NCBI GenBank assembly: GCA_001643675.2
Contig: LSRY02000018.1
Coordinates: forward strand, 62,001-126,000
DNA length: 64,000 nucleotides
Origin: Monocercomonoides exilis PA203
Lineage: Eukaryota > Protista > Preaxostyla
Reading direction: 5' to 3'
In this document: positions 47,418-62,033 of the stretch, piece after piece
How positions within the stretch are numbered: position 1 is the stretch's first letter
Layout: each line of letters starts with the position of its first letter
Made by a program: the position numbers and the translations under genes
Notes under the pieces: generated by a model
Told to the model about the DNA's origin: nothing
Databases searched by the model: none
What the model saw: only the letters and a program-made list of their open reading frames with translations

Positions 47418-48856
47418 GGGGATCTATCCACACGAAGAAGTTGCTTTCTTTTTTTTCTTCGTTTTGGCTTTATTAGTATGGGCACAAATCAACAAAAAAA
47501 ATATTTCTTTTTTTCTATTTTTATTTGTTCTTGGAGATATTGTATTTGCTTTTTATTTATGATTAATTGTGATTGGTTTTTGATGTGTTTCAATATCTTG
47601 TTTGTTTGATCCTGAGAATAATACAAAATGAATTGTTCGAAATAATTGATATTTTGAATTTTTCATGACAACGTTGAGAAATGTGATAAAAATTTGCAGA
47701 GATGCAATAGAATTTAATTCATAGCGTATGATTCGGATGAACATATTTCTTTCAAAGCAACTGTTCGAAATTCATTTTTTTATTTAACTTTCATTTATCC
47801 TGTGAATTAAAGAGGTGTGAGTGATGAAAATATTGCTTCTCTTTCACACATATTTTTTCCTTGTGTTTGTTTGTCTTTTTTGAAGTTCTTTATTGTTATC
47901 TTCAGATCCATTGAGTTATTAATGAAATTGATATTTTTTGATTGATATTTTGGATGAAATGGACATTATGATTCAAAGAAATGGGGTTTGTGCATTCTTT
48001 TAATTAATGGAGTGGCACGGGTTATTTTGTTACTGTTTTGATTTATTTTGTGTATTTGTCTGAAAGAGACACAACTTTTATCGTTTGAGAGTTTTCAAAT
48101 GGATGAAATGGCTGAAAAAGAGAGAATTTTTTGAAAGGCTTTGACATTTCAGTTATGGATATATTTTTCATTAAATATGAGACTATCGTCTGTTTGATTT
48201 GAATATTTCATCTTTTTTAGAAATTTTTTCAAATTGTGATTTCACAATCTTATTTTATCTTCATGTTCTTTTCAGGGCAATGGAAGTTCAGATGCAAAAG
48301 CCAAAGGTTTTTTATTTATATTGACAGATTTCTGTTTGGTTGAAGATTTTTTTAAATCTGGTAGAAAGACAAAGAATAATTGTAGAGCAGAGAAAGACAT
48401 TTGAAGAAAAGAGATTGCGATGAGCCTTGGAAAAAGAAATGTGAAAATAATACACAAAAGGGCAGAATCAGATGGAAGGACAATTATTCATTTCATGCGG
48501 TGCTTGAGGACTGAATTGAATGGTTGAGACAATTCTGAGTGGGAATGGAATTGATGTTGATGATGATTGAAGAAGGGAACAGGCAACAGCATTGCTTGGA
48601 AGTGAAGAGATAGATAAGAGAGGAAAAAAGATCGATTTGGCCGAGAAAGAAGGAATTGAAGAAAAAAGATTATTTTAGCGAATATGTTAATTTGTGAATG
48701 TGACAAAGTTCCACTGGAAAGGAAAAGAGGAAATCAAAGAACTGCTGAAGTTTTTCTTCTTCAAACATCATCAGACTTTTCTCATGAAATCTTCATCAAC
48801 TCCATCAACTTGGAATGAAAAGTCTCAAATACCTCTTTTTCTTCATCTTCAACAGG

Positions 48857-50485
48857 ATGCCGAAAACAACAGGAACCACTCAATCATCCTTCAGTGCCCT
48901 TTGGATACCCTCCATTTTACCCATTTCTTATCCCTCCTCCGTTTTTGCCTTCACCTCAGCATCAGCAGAAGACACAGCAGAATGAATCGAAGAAGACACA
49001 GAAATCTCCTAACATTGAAGAAAAAGAAGAAGGAGAAGGAGAAGAAGGAAGGAATTCGCTGAATGGAAAAGGAAGTGCCACTTGTGATTTGTTTGGTCAA
49101 GAGCATTCTTCGAAGCTGCAGAAGAATCCAAAAGATAGGAAAGTTGACAATTCCAAAAAAGATGGGATGAAACAGACAAGAAGGGAAGGCAATATCGAAG
49201 ATGAATTGGTTGCTGAGCTGAATGATGGTTCAACAGAAGAAGAAGAAGAAGATGATGATGAAAGGGTTGGAGAAGAGAAAGAGATTGAGAAGTTTTTTCC
49301 TTGTGAAAATGAGAAGAAATTCAAGACGAAAATGAAATGCAACATGAGACATCAGAAAACGAGGAAGAATTTCGAGGGGAAGATGAAACAGACAGAACAA
49401 AAGAAGAAGAAGAAGAAGAAGAAGAATTCCAAGAGGGAAAACCAAAGTCAGCTGAAAAGAAGACATTTCTGTTTGGGTTTGACAGCCAGTCTGGAGGAAG
49501 GATGGCATTTGACGACAGACTGGAAGAGGAAAGAAGATGGAAAGAGGAGAAAGACAGGCTGGATGAGGCAGACATGAGTGAAGCAACAGACATTTCACAG
49601 AAACAACAGAGACAGGGAGATTTGGATGAAAAGACAAGAATTCGTCAACATTCCAGCATATTTGAATCCAGAAAGAGGCAAAAAGCACCTGAAGACAGAG
49701 CCTTTGACAGAAACTCTGTGTTTTTGACATCGTATTCGCGACTTGCCTCAGCTTCGTCTGGCCTTGCCATTCCATCAGCATCTGAGAATGGCAGAGGAAA
49801 GGAAGGGAGAAGAACAGACAGTCAGTTCAATAGAGATGATATCAATCATTTTTCATCATCATCATCAGTTTCTTCTTCTTCTCTCCAATCTCCCCATCTG
49901 CACAAAACACACGCCTCCCCTCGCTCTTCGTTGCTTTCAGTTGAAGACCCAATTCTGTCCATGACTCTGCCTTCGCATTCTGGAAGTGAGCTTCTTCGGA
50001 TGAAAGAGAAGCAACAACAAACAGCTGGCTCTTCCTCCACTTCATCTTCTCCCTCCTCTTCCTCTTTCAACAGCTCTTCCATTTCGCCTCTCGAAGAAGA
50101 TGCCTTTTTCAGAGCAGTCAAACATCACCCTCCTCCAGCTGATCTTTTCTTTCACTCGCAAAGAAAGAAACACAACATTAATTCTTTTCTTTTGCTTTTC
50201 TGTTCACTGCCAGAACAGCCGTCGGGACAGACAACGAATATCTGCAAATGGGGTGTGCAGGGAAGCAGTGTATCTGATGGGAGCGACACACCCAATGTTG
50301 CAGGAGTTTGCGATTATGGATGTGGCGGAGATACAGGATGTGAAGCCACTGTGTGTTCTGTCTGGGATGGAAGTGTATTTTGTTTGGGAAGAGTGTGGCA
50401 ATTCGATGAACGAGATGCTTATGAAGTTCATAGGCATCCAGTCGATGGCGCTGCCTCAACTGAAATGGGAATGTTGAAGCGATGA
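48857..50485 (+). pseudogene. Frameshifted partial duplicate of the 23-kb Ser/Glu-rich gene
   Basis: About 49246-50160 closely matches about 22990-23928. A 1-nt deletion near 49313 (GAGGAAGAA to GAGAAGAA) shifts the frame. The flanks are unrelated. Confidence 0.65.
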
Positions 50486-52424
50486 TTGAGGAGATTGTGA
50501 AAATGGAGATGTGAATGGAAATGAAGAGGAGGGGATGGAAGGGCTGATGGAGATGAAGGTTGCAGAGAAGGATGAGAAGAAGGGATGTTGTGGCAGCAGA
50601 GGATGAAAGAGTGCAGGAAATGGGGCGATTGAGGAGGAAGGGGGAGAATAAGAGGAAAGAGGGAGAAAGTGAAAGTGAATGAGGCAGCCAGCTGTTGTTG
50701 ATACTGGGAGAGGGAACATAAATGAGCAGTGCATCAAAAATGATCACTTCAAACAAATCAACAGCTGCTCAAATGCCAACAAAGGCAGTTTTGGTGGTGG
50801 AAGGCAATTTATTCAGACAATTGGGTTGACAGAGAGAGAGAGAGAAGAAAGGCAAGAATGAAACACAATTTTTTGTGGAGCTGCATTGTTATCTTTGCTC
50901 TCTGAAGCATTTCCTGTGCTGTCTCTTGAGAAGACTTCTCCTCCTTATTCTCCTTCTCCTTCACTTTATTGTGATTGAAATGACGATGATGAAGGAGAAT
51001 TGTTTGATTCAATCCAATGAAATATGTATTAATCTCCTTTTTCTTCCTCTTTTTCTTCTTTTAGTGTTCAAAGACTCTGAAATGTGTGTGTGAGGTGGAT
51101 GACAGCATTCTGTGGAGCATGGTGATAGTAGATGCTTCTCTGTGTGCGATGGATGTGCATATGTTGCAACTCAAAGCACATATGTTGATCAATCAATTTC
51201 CACTATCGATCTGGATATTAATGGAGAAAGGGATGTGCTGTGGGATTCTGTTCGGACAGCAATTTGTGTGGCTGGCGGGAGAGAGGAAGGAGAAGAAACG
51301 AAAATTCAGATGAGCAGAAGTTTAAGTCAGTGAAAAATATCCTTTTTTGTTTTATCTTCGCAGCAATTGAGATGGCAATGGATGCAAATAGGAAAGAACA
51401 GAACTTCATTCCATTTTGATTTGATTTGTTGTTGTTGTTGTTGTTGTTGGATTGAGAGGAATAATGAATGATGAACAGACATGCCAGCTTTCCTTTTCAC
51501 TCATTCGATCGGAAATTCACTTGTCAGATTTATTTGATCCACCAAAGCATCATCCATGTTTCCTTTTCTCATCCAAGTTGCCAAAGTCAACTTCTCCATC
51601 TTCCTCTCTCCATTTCATTTCACCCGAAATCAAATGCATTTTCTTTTCAAAAAGTGATTGAAAAGAGTCACAAAAAAGGAGTGAGCATCAGCATCTGCTG
51701 CCCACTCCGCCAAACAAAGAACTTGGCTGCCTCATTTTTGGAACTGATGAACAGCAACTTTCACCAAACGATCTCTTTCTTGATGTTTGATGTTGTCTGT
51801 GCAAGCTGTGCATTTTGTCTTGGACCTTTTCCATCAAGCCCAATTTGATTATTTGAAAGGTTTCATATTCTTTTGTGATTCAGCACACTCCTTGAGCCAT
51901 CCAGAAACAGATGCAAGCAATGAAAATATTTTCAAAAAAAATAAAAGAAAAAAGAAAAAGAAAAAAGATAGAAAGAAAAAGAAAAAGAAAAGAAAAGAAA
52001 CTAATTATTCAAGCTTTTGTGCAGTGTTATTATTTTTTTCTTCAATTTCAAAACAACAAATCCACTCCATTCCAGAATTAAGATTGTTCACTGTTTTCAG
52101 TTTGAAATACTTTCTGTATTTCTGATTTGGAAATTGTTGCTCCATGAAGCATTGCGAATCAAAAGTTGTTTTCCATTTCATGATTTTGAGTAATTATATG
52201 TTCGATCAAAAAGAAACAAAAGATTGGCATATCTTGGCTGCCACTGCCAAGTCAAGTTTTTTCTTTGCCGTTTCCATTTCTTGACTAGTTTTTGTGTGGT
52301 GAAGCAATTGGGATTAACAAAATATCGTTTTGATTTTGCGAGATAACCAACAAAGTTTGTGGTTTTCGATTATTGTGTGGATTGATGAGCCGTATTAAAT
52401 TGAACACTTTCAACAATTAAAAGA

Positions 52425-53892
52425 ATGAGATCAAGCACTTGTAAAAGAATTGATAACGGACATGTGAAGAAGACATTCCGAAAGAAGTTTACAAGTTCGA
52501 AAGTATTTAATTTTTGATATTTGAAATGTAATATTTATTGATGATTTTATAGAGATGCTAGGTGAACTTGAATGCTGCGACAAATCAAAAAAGAAGCAAA
52601 TAATCGAAGAAATGAACGAATTGCTTGGTAAAATGGATAAAGAAGAATTTGAATCGACCTTCAATGAAGATCTATTCGATGATGTGGACTCCATGATTGA
52701 AGAAAAGAATCTGTCCAATGGAATCGCAGCTATGCTGTTGAAGGAGATTGGATATCAAAAAAATTTGAGAATTTCTTCGAATGCTTCTTTTAAATATTCC
52801 GTGCTGAAACTAACGCTTGAAGAGATAATTACGAAGGAAGAAAGAAAATGCAAAGAAAAATACGGATGGCTTGTTGTTGATATTTGCGAATGTTATCTTC
52901 TTCTGCGCAATGACTATCATTATTTGCCCGAAGAAACAGTGTCTGTTTGTGTGCCTTGCCTTCTTGAAGTAGCAATGAACAAAGATAGAAGCGAAAAAAC
53001 GCAAAAGAAAGTGGAACTTGCTCTGATGGCTTTAGGCAACGTAGGGCATTTAGTGGTATTAAGATTTTTGAATAATTTTTGAATAATTTATAATATCATT
53101 AATTGAATGTTGAATTTTTTGCAAAAGAAAATAGAGAGAGCACTTTATTTGAAAGAGATTACAGAAATCATCAAATATCACCAAGAGCATCGAAATCTGA
53201 CTCATCTGGCATACCAATCAGCGTGGAATTTTTTGATAGATAGATTATGCAATGCAAAAAGTTTGGAAACATTGATTTCGAAAAAACTGAATTTTGCGAG
53301 AGAGGCAATACAAGAACTGGAAGAGATGTCAAAGCGCGTGGATTGGAGGGTCGAAGGGAAAACGGAAGAAGACGGAAAAATAAAAGAAGTGCAGATCATT
53401 TTGAAATGGATTTATACCATTAATGCGTTTTTTGTGTTTTTTAAAACGTGGAAAGAGGAATATGTAGAATTGTTTCACTTGCTTGTCGAGATGTGCAGAT
53501 CATCACGGACATTTAAGCAAGGAATAACAGAAAAGTTTATAATCCTTTTTCAGATAACAGCACATATGGATGCTGTTAGTGTTTACGCTTTGCTGAAGTG
53601 TGGAGCATATGATCAGATTTCAGAAGAAATTCGGCTGCCAACAATGGAAGACGAAATTGCACAAAAATGCTTAGAGGGCTTTTCGGATCTTTCGAAAAGG
53701 ATGAAAGGAAAAATGACCAATGAAGTTGACGAAATGAAAATAAAGGAGATCAAACGAGAAATGTTTGATAGGCTTGAAGAAGAAGGTCATGAAGATATGA
53801 TCACAAGTTTTCATCCAATAATTCCTTTTCTTTTTAAAAAATATCTAACTGAATTTTCAATAAATTTAGCAGATTATTTTGTGAATGTTTGA
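52425..53892 (+). CDS. Uncharacterised alpha-helical (ARM/HEAT-like) protein, 3 exons
   Basis: Exons 52425-52494, 52553-53055 and 53128-53892 are joined in frame by GT..AG introns. Motifs DICECYLLL, CVPCLLEVA, VELALMALGNV, LAYQSAWNFL, LEEEGHEDMI. Resembles a lineage-expanded oxymonad family (recollection, unverified). Confidence 0.75.
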
Positions 53893-54322
53893 ATCCACGG
53901 AGCATTTTTATCTCAACTTTTCTTTTATAGGGAAATTTTTTAAAAAAACAAAAGCATTTCATTTCTTTATTTATCTTTTTGTTCGCAATTCCAAAAATAA
54001 AAAAGTTGAAGAAAACATTTTATAACATGATTATTTTTTATTGAAAAAATAAAGGAATGTTTTGTTTGATTTCAAAAAGGATCATCCATCGTTAAAAATT
54101 CTTACCCATATTAAAATAGTTAATTAATATTTTTGTTTTTTAAATGATTGCAAAGGATACATAAAAGAAAATTCGTGTGCAATTGAATTTCTTTACATGC
54201 ATTGAAAATTGTATTCAATCAAGTACCTTCGTTTATCTGTTTTTCGATGTTCCAAATGATCCTTCTGTAGAATTACGAACAGTTACTTTTTCAAAACTTT
54301 TTAGCTCTCAAGTTTTTTTTTA

Positions 54323-55951
54323 ATGTCTTTCTACGATAAGTTTCAATATCATCAAAGATATGTTCCTTCGTCTCATCAGCAATTCATTCCTTCATCAATT
54401 CTACAGCCTCAGGATTCGATAATTCAACCTTTCAGAGACATTATGCCAAATTCACAATCACTTCCCAACCCCTTTATGTCCAATCAATTTTCATCAATTC
54501 ATGCTGCTGCTTTTTCAGGTTCTCATCAATCACATGAAGTTCCTCAACAATTGCCTTCACAATCTCAATCTCCTTTGCACGCATTATCGCAATTTATTTT
54601 ATCATCTCCTTCATTTTCTTTATTCGTCAATTCTCTCCAAATAGATTTGAGAACCTCTCAACAACAAGAAATGCAATTAGAACGAGTTAGAGAAATGTGT
54701 AACGAATTAGATACGAATGATGATGCGACTTCATCTTTCACTTCATCATCGATGTCACAAGGAAATACATCGTCATTTAATGGGAGAGATATGCAGCATA
54801 CGAGCCTTATGAAACCAGATTCTTCGATGTTCTCCTCTGTTTTTATAGGACTGTTTCAGCCTGTACCAATCTTTTGCATACCAAATCGTCTAAGATCTTA
54901 TATTCCTCATCTAATTGCAGATGCTCCTTCTCTTGCTGGAGCTGCATATTCTCCTTTAACATCAATTCCAATGCAGCCCGATCGTTTTGCTCCCTCAACG
55001 GTGATATCTGCTGCATCATCAACTGATCAATATCGATGTCCAACCTCTAATCAATCATCATCCCAGAACGATCAGCTGTACCAACTCTTCCCTCCTTCTG
55101 AAATCGAATCGATGCAAAACGCTGCAATGGCGGACCTTTCCCACGTATCATCGTCCGAACTTACGCTTCTTGCGCTTTTGCCTCCGTCATCGCTTCCGCA
55201 ACACATCAAAGACATTCTTGGATTATCTTCTTCTCCATATCTATCTTCAGACTCATTTTATCAGCCATCTGATGCACAGCAATCAACTATGGACTCTTCC
55301 TTTGCATCTTCTTCTTCTTCTTCTTCCCCATCCTCTTCCTCTTCCTCAATCTCTTCATCATCATCGTCACCATCTTCCTCATCGGCTCATCCAACATCCC
55401 TTGCAGATGCATACGACGACCCCTTTCGCTCTGAAAATTCGCCTTTGATTGACAGCGACGGGATGTTACAGGGGTTTCAGGGGATTCCTTCTGCTGCTTC
55501 TGCTGCTATTGGAGGAGGCGGAGGCGGAGGAGGAGGAGGGGAAGGGCCATTGCTCCGCCAGGCTTCGTTCCCAGAGATGCAATGGGGAGATGAAGAGCAG
55601 ATCTGCTTTGATGTCGACCACCACCGCATGTACTGTGTGGTCAATGAGATGAACATGAAGCTGTCTCTCCGGTCGATCTTGAATGCCCTCCAGCTCTCGC
55701 TCGATTCGTTCACTCATTCCCTCCGCTCGAGAATAGAGCAGCCACTCCAGTTCCCTTCGTATTCCTCTTCCGATGCCTCAACTATTCCATTGATTTTGCA
55801 GTCCTCTTCAACAGCTGCCTCAACTCCTTCTCCTTTACCTCCAAATCCTTCTAGAAAAGAGCCTTTACCAATGTCTTACAACGAAACTTATTTCCAAAAC
55901 GACGAATTACCTTCTGAAAGCGAAGCAAGACAGGGTGAATCGCCTTCCTAA
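54323..55951 (+). CDS. Ser/Gln/Pro-rich ORF, possibly the first exon of the downstream giant phosphatase gene
   Basis: 542-aa ORF in the same frame as 56090-64000. A candidate phase-1 intron 55935-56126 (GTGAAT..AAG, 192 nt) would fuse them. Confidence 0.6.
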   Translation: MSFYDKFQYHQRYVPSSHQQFIPSSILQPQDSIIQPFRDIMPNSQSLPNPFMSNQFSSIHAAAFSGSHQSHEVPQQLPSQSQSPLHALSQFILSSPSFSLFVNSLQIDLRTSQQQEMQLERVREMCNELDTNDDATSSFTSSSMSQGNTSSFNGRDMQHTSLMKPDSSMFSSVFIGLFQPVPIFCIPNRLRSYIPHLIADAPSLAGAAYSPLTSIPMQPDRFAPSTVISAASSTDQYRCPTSNQSSSQNDQLYQLFPPSEIESMQNAAMADLSHVSSSELTLLALLPPSSLPQHIKDILGLSSSPYLSSDSFYQPSDAQQSTMDSSFASSSSSSSPSSSSSSISSSSSSPSSSSAHPTSLADAYDDPFRSENSPLIDSDGMLQGFQGIPSAASAAIGGGGGGGGGGEGPLLRQASFPEMQWGDEEQICFDVDHHRMYCVVNEMNMKLSLRSILNALQLSLDSFTHSLRSRIEQPLQFPSYSSSDASTIPLILQSSSTAASTPSPLPPNPSRKEPLPMSYNETYFQNDELPSESEARQGESPS

Positions 55952-56089
55952 AGATTGAACACTTCACCAAAACCTCTTTCATTTCAACTTTTATTCTTTA
56001 AAATTATGATGGATTTTTTGATCAGTCAATTTAATTTTTGCTCATTATTTTCATTAGTTCGGTTCGATACGAGTTAAAAGTGGAGCTAA

Positions 56090-59000
56090 ACCCTGGAATT
56101 TTTACAAAATCGTTTAACTTCTAAAGTTAACGCAAATCATGAGGGATTCTTTTGCGCATTTGTGTTCGAAGAGTCAGAAGTGTTGTTGAGCCGTGAAGCA
56201 CCGTTATACGAAAAACTACGAATTGTAAAGCAATCTTCATTAATACCTCTATTTGACAAAAATAAAAATAAAAATAAAATACCTTTCAAAAGCCTCTTTC
56301 GTGGATATTTTTCATTTGATGGAAAAGAATCGATATCACATTTCAAGGCTAGGCTCCTTCAGAATTTATTTACATCTGACATTGGTCGAAGATTTTGGAG
56401 ACGTCATAATTCAACTCCTTTACCTGTTTCATCATCGTTTCATCCCCAACTTCCAGATTATTTTTCTCGAGCTGTTTATACCGTCAAATTACAAAAAGGA
56501 TGTATTAATCAGGATAGAAAGCAACAAAAATGCCCTATAGACGTTGAAAAATTATCAGAAATTATTCCTTCACCACAAGAACCAGAATTATTTGATGTTT
56601 CTGAGACATTTGAGGAAGAAATAGATTGGAGTGGTTCATCGCAGCAGACGCGAGCCCAAACCCCGAGCGAACTTTTATATTACCCGACACATTCTGGAGC
56701 AAAACTGACAACCCACGATTTTCCATTACTTGCATGCTCCTTAAAGAAGAGTGATATTCAAACAGATTTATCAAAGATAACTAATTCTGACAATGAATCC
56801 TCAATAAATTTTCTAACTCAGCCAACCGCCCCAGACGAACATGCCTTGATGTCTTCACTTTATGCTGAGCTGAAGCGTCAATACGAAGATGCATTCGATG
56901 ATAGAAGTAGTAGAAACAACAACAGAAAAGGCTCCTCTTTCTCAAATTACCTCAAATTTCCATACGGTTCTTCAGAGATGCAGATGAGTAGCTTTATTAA
57001 TAGCAGCAGAAAAGAAGGAGGAGAAGGAGATGATGATGGCTTTGATGAAGACTATAGCGAGAGTAGCAGCGAGAGCACAACTGAAGCCTCTATGGAATCA
57101 TTCTCAATAAAGAGTGCTCGAATAAATACTTCGAACTATGCTCCAAATGGTTTTTCATTTGGATCGTCTCTTTTCCCTGAAGACAACACAAACAGAACAA
57201 AAGATGCCAATTTATGTGAAGAACGACGAAAACACAAGAAAAATGCACAAAGGAAATGGAAATCTGCTTTTGTTCCTGTAATTCTCTTTCTTGTTCCAGC
57301 AAAATTACATCTGTACATTCAAATGCCTTCACGGCTGTCTATTCAAAAAGGAAAATTTTCATCATCATCACTATCATTTCCACTATCATCAAATAATAAT
57401 AATAATAATCATTCATCACTTTCCTCTCCATTCTCCACTTCCTTCTCATCCACCAACCAGCCCCGCCTCCTCGCTGTCCTCACCCAAGGCAGGCGTCTTG
57501 TCGCGCAAATCGCCTCCCCTCTGAGTGTGCGTGTGGTTCTCCTGCTCTCCCAGCTCCTCCTTCCCTTCAGCACCGCCCTGCAGCGCGTGCAGGCGGCTGC
57601 CCTGCGGACTGAGCGGGTGACGGTGTTTCTGCCAGACACCGCGCTGTTCATGCCGATTGTGTCTGACCAGCTGGGCGTGTGCGACGTGTGGGTCCCGCAG
57701 CACGTGAGGGAGGCTGTGATAAGGATGGGGCAGGAGCAGAGGAGAGGATGTGGAGGAGGAGAGGGAGGAAGAAGTGGAGGAGGAAGTGGAGGAGAAGAAA
57801 GGGAAGGGAATGGGATGGATGGGAAGAATAGGACGGAAGGGAGAGATGGAGAAAAACAGAAGAACAAACCGTCATTTGCAAGGCAGATACAGCTGAGGCT
57901 TTCAGATGTTGAGTATTTCAGATATCAGGCAGTGTTTTTGGTGCATTTGCTGCAGCATTCGGTTGCTCATTTGTGGTCAAAGAATCAAATGACATCAGCT
58001 TTTCAATCACTTTTCCAACATTCAAATCCAACGAAACTTCGTTTTCTTATTCGTCTTTTGAAATCGTGCTATATTCCATCAAAATATAATTTTTATCATC
58101 AACACTTTCTCCCACTTCTTTCGTCTTCTGTTCGTTCGTCTCCGCTCTTCATTTCTGAGTGGCAGATGCAAAAAGAAGAGTTTCTGTGCAGCCTCCGCGT
58201 CCTCATTGCATTGCTTACTCAGACAGACACAAAAGATTCATCAAACAACTCAGAAATGAAGGATCTTAGCTCAAATGCACTTTCAAATACGAATTCGAAT
58301 TTTAATTTGAATTTCAATTCGAATTCCTTCGAAGCAAACAAAAACAAGCCATTTTTCGATCAGTTTTCACAGCCATCTGCTCCAAAGGCATTCAGAACAG
58401 CTGCCCACTTAACAGAACACCCGTCTTCCTATCAGACACGACGCCTCAGCAGACGATGGATGAGAAGGGCACCTTCACGTGCCTCTGTCAAATCATACGA
58501 CTCAAATGCAAACTTCTCTTTTGTGTCTAATTCTTCCTCTGATTCAGCTTCTTTAGCATCCTATTCTCCCAACCTTTCCTTCTACCCGCGCTCGCCTTCC
58601 CGCAGCTCCCTCTATTCCTGCTCCACCGGCAGCTCTGAACTCTCCTCAGTGAAATACTCCCTCCTCTCTGATGAACAGTCCTTCCTCTCTCAATCGCCGT
58701 TCCCCACTCGCTCTGCCTCTCCCACGTGTTCTGTGCACTCTGCTGTCTCCATCCGCAGCAGCTGCACAAACAACAGCAGTGTCACTCCTTCACAGTCTTC
58801 TTCACTGTGTCCTGAAGATGATCCGTTCTTTGTGAGCGACTTGGAGCTGTTGAGGACAGCTGAGCTCGACATCACAGAAGACGGGGACACTCGTTTTGAC
58901 AGGCCTCCGGAGACATTCTTTGGAAGTGCGAATCGAATGGCAGTGGCTAATCAGCTTGCAAATTCGAGTATGAATGCTTCGTCGTCTCAATTGCTATTAC

Positions 59001-62000
59001 CTGCAAATAGGTTGCAACAACAGCAGCAAGAAAACAGGCGAAATGGAACAAACAGCAGACAATTGTCTCGATCGCCATCTCAGCAAACACTGGACAGCAG
59101 AAGGAGCATTCCACAATTTGGAGGAAAGCATTCTTCTTCTGCATTTACGAATGAAGGCAGCAAAGAAGGAGAAATGGAGAGCATTGATGGATCAGCGCGT
59201 TACACAAAGGCAGAATTTGAAGGGCATCTGAACAAGCAGCAAAGAAGAGCGGTGCAAAAAGCTCAAAAAGCAAATGAGTTTCTCACTCAAATGCTGAGCC
59301 ATGCAACAACACTCAAGCAGAAGCGGCGGATTGGAAGAGCTTTGTATCACTCGCTCAGCAGAGTACAGAAGTATTTGCTGTTTTGTCGGCATCATGGCGA
59401 AGGCTGTCAGGGACATAGTCAAACGGCATGGGAGCATTTGTGGCCGCGCTGCCGGGAGAAGCTGGAGAGATGGATAAGAAGAAGTATGAAGAACTTCAGT
59501 TCGAATGGAGAAAGAAGAGAGAGAAATGAAAGAGAGCAGGAAAATATGGATGGGAGCAGATCGCATCGGTCGTTGAGTCCAGCTGCATTTTGGTTGAATG
59601 CAAAACAACAGCATCAGCAACAAAACATGGCAAATTATCACAGAAGAAAAAGAGATGGAAGAGAATCAAACGAAAGCATCAGCCTCGCCAGTGAAGAAGT
59701 ACAGTCACTTGTCGATGTTAGAGTCAGAAGCAACAAAGCTTCTTCATCATCACAAATGGATGAAACGATGTCTTTGGCTCATGAACTGCCATTTCATCGG
59801 GATGGGAGGTCGAAACAAGGCAGGCACATTCATTTGTCTCCTAATTATTCTCCTCAGCAACTGCCTCATGTTTCACGCCCTTCTTCTGCAGACAGGAGAA
59901 GGACGAGGTCAATGCGAGGAGCAGAACAAGAAAGAGTTCTGTACAAAAGGAGAAAGAGCATTCATTCATTCACAAACAATGCGATGATGTGGAATGAGCA
60001 GAAGAAGCAGAAGCAGAACCAACAGTTTTCAATCGAAGAAGACAGGGACGAGTGGAGAAGACGTGACAACAGCTACAACGATGGAGCATTCAGCTACAGC
60101 GATGCAGATGAAACAGAAACACTTGCAACATCGCTGACAGCACTCACCATCCAAACAGGAGATCAACAGCGCAGATTTCGTGTGCCTTCGCTTGATGGAG
60201 ACAGCGAGAGCAACTGTGGATCAGTTAGAGACAATGAAATGATCTCGTTTGGAATGCTGAAGAAGAGGATGAAGTGGTTAAACAAGATGGATGGAGAGGA
60301 AGAACAACAGCCAAAAATGATGAAAAAGGATGAAGTACAACAGATGGATGTGGGAGGTGTTGTGAATCAGTTTGGAGGGGCTGAACAGATGACGATGAAT
60401 GGAGAAGGAGGAAATAGAAGAGGGGAAGGAGAAGGAGAAGGAAGAAAAGGAATGAAGAGTGAAAGAGTTGCAGGACCACAAAATGAAATGATAATGTATG
60501 AGATGGGGATGGAATGGAATAACTACAACGAGGTTGTTGAGGATGAGGACGAGGAAGAAGAAGCGATGGGACAAGAACAGATTGAGCTTCCAGAAGCAGC
60601 GTGGGACGACGATGCAATGCCTCCTCCGCTTCATCCACCTGATTTCATGTCGAATGACCTGCCTTCTTCTCTGGGAAGCCAATCTCCTTCTCCACTTCCT
60701 CTGTTTCCGCCAGAGGTGTTTCCTTCAGATAGAATGCAACAACAGCCACAACAAGAACAGAAACAACAAGAGCAGAAGCAAGTGCAACAAATACAACAAA
60801 TGCAACAAATGCAGCAGATTCAATCAAATTATCCATTTCAATCAAGCCAATCAAACCAATTGAATCAATCACAGATGAATTATTCACCTTTTCATTCATA
60901 TGCACACACAAAATCACCAACTTTTTCGTTCAGTCTGCCTCCATCTTCTGCAGCTGCGTTGGCAGCCGAAGAGAGGAAGAAAAAAGACGGGAAAATGACA
61001 ACAGGAAAAGTGAAGAAATCTTCAATGAAGATGAATGCGTTGAAGGAGATTCATTCAGTGAAGACACTTGTGGATGCTTTGATGCCTTTTGAGAGAAAAA
61101 TGCTGGATGGAAAAGATGAAGTGTATAATCATTCGAAAAATATTGCTTCTTCTTCTTCCTCTTCCTCTTCCTCTTCCACTTCTGTATCTTCCTTTTCATA
61201 TGTTTCTTCTTCTTCTTCTATAAGTTCTTTTCCTTCATCATCTTTCTCAAACACAAATCAAACCCCAAATTCAAGTATTTCAAATCCAACAGCTTCTTCT
61301 GACTCCACGAAAAATTCTATTTCATCTTTTCATTCAAAATCTGTTTTCAATCAACTTGAAACACGTGAAGAAGGAATAAGTTATCTGAATGAATTGTTCT
61401 CAAACAACAATCAAACAACAGAAAATAACAGAAGAATCGAAAAGGAAATGCAAAATGATCAGAATTTTAATCATAACAGTGAAATAAGAGCTGAAGAAAT
61501 ATCAAAAGAAGAAGAAGAAACAGAAGAATTAGAAGAAGAAGAAGAAGAAAACAATGATTTAGCTGAAATGATGCTGAGTTTTGAGGAAGTTGAGAGTGAG
61601 GCTGACACCTTTGGTACGACACTGCAGATTATGTTTCCTGATCTGTCATTTGATACAAATGCTGCTCAAACAAAAAGTCAACAGAAATTTTCTTCTTCCT
61701 CTTCCTCCTCTTTTTGTTCTCCTTCTTCTTCAACCTCTTCCTCTCCTTCCTCTTTCCCTTCCTCATCTTCCTCATCCGAAACATCTCAACATGATTTTCA
61801 ATTATTTATCCACCGTTCTATTGACAATCTCATCGAAAGCTGCTGCCAAACAATAAAAACCCCTCTTTTTGCCTCGTTGCACTCAAAATGTGAAGAAACT
61901 CTTCATTCAGATACAATTCAGCAGGAATATGAATCAGGAAAACAAGCAATGAAAACAGATTTTTCTTCAGTTAATTCGTCTTGTTGTCCTTCATCATCAT

Positions 62001-62002
62001 CG

Positions 62003-62033
<31 letters not shown>

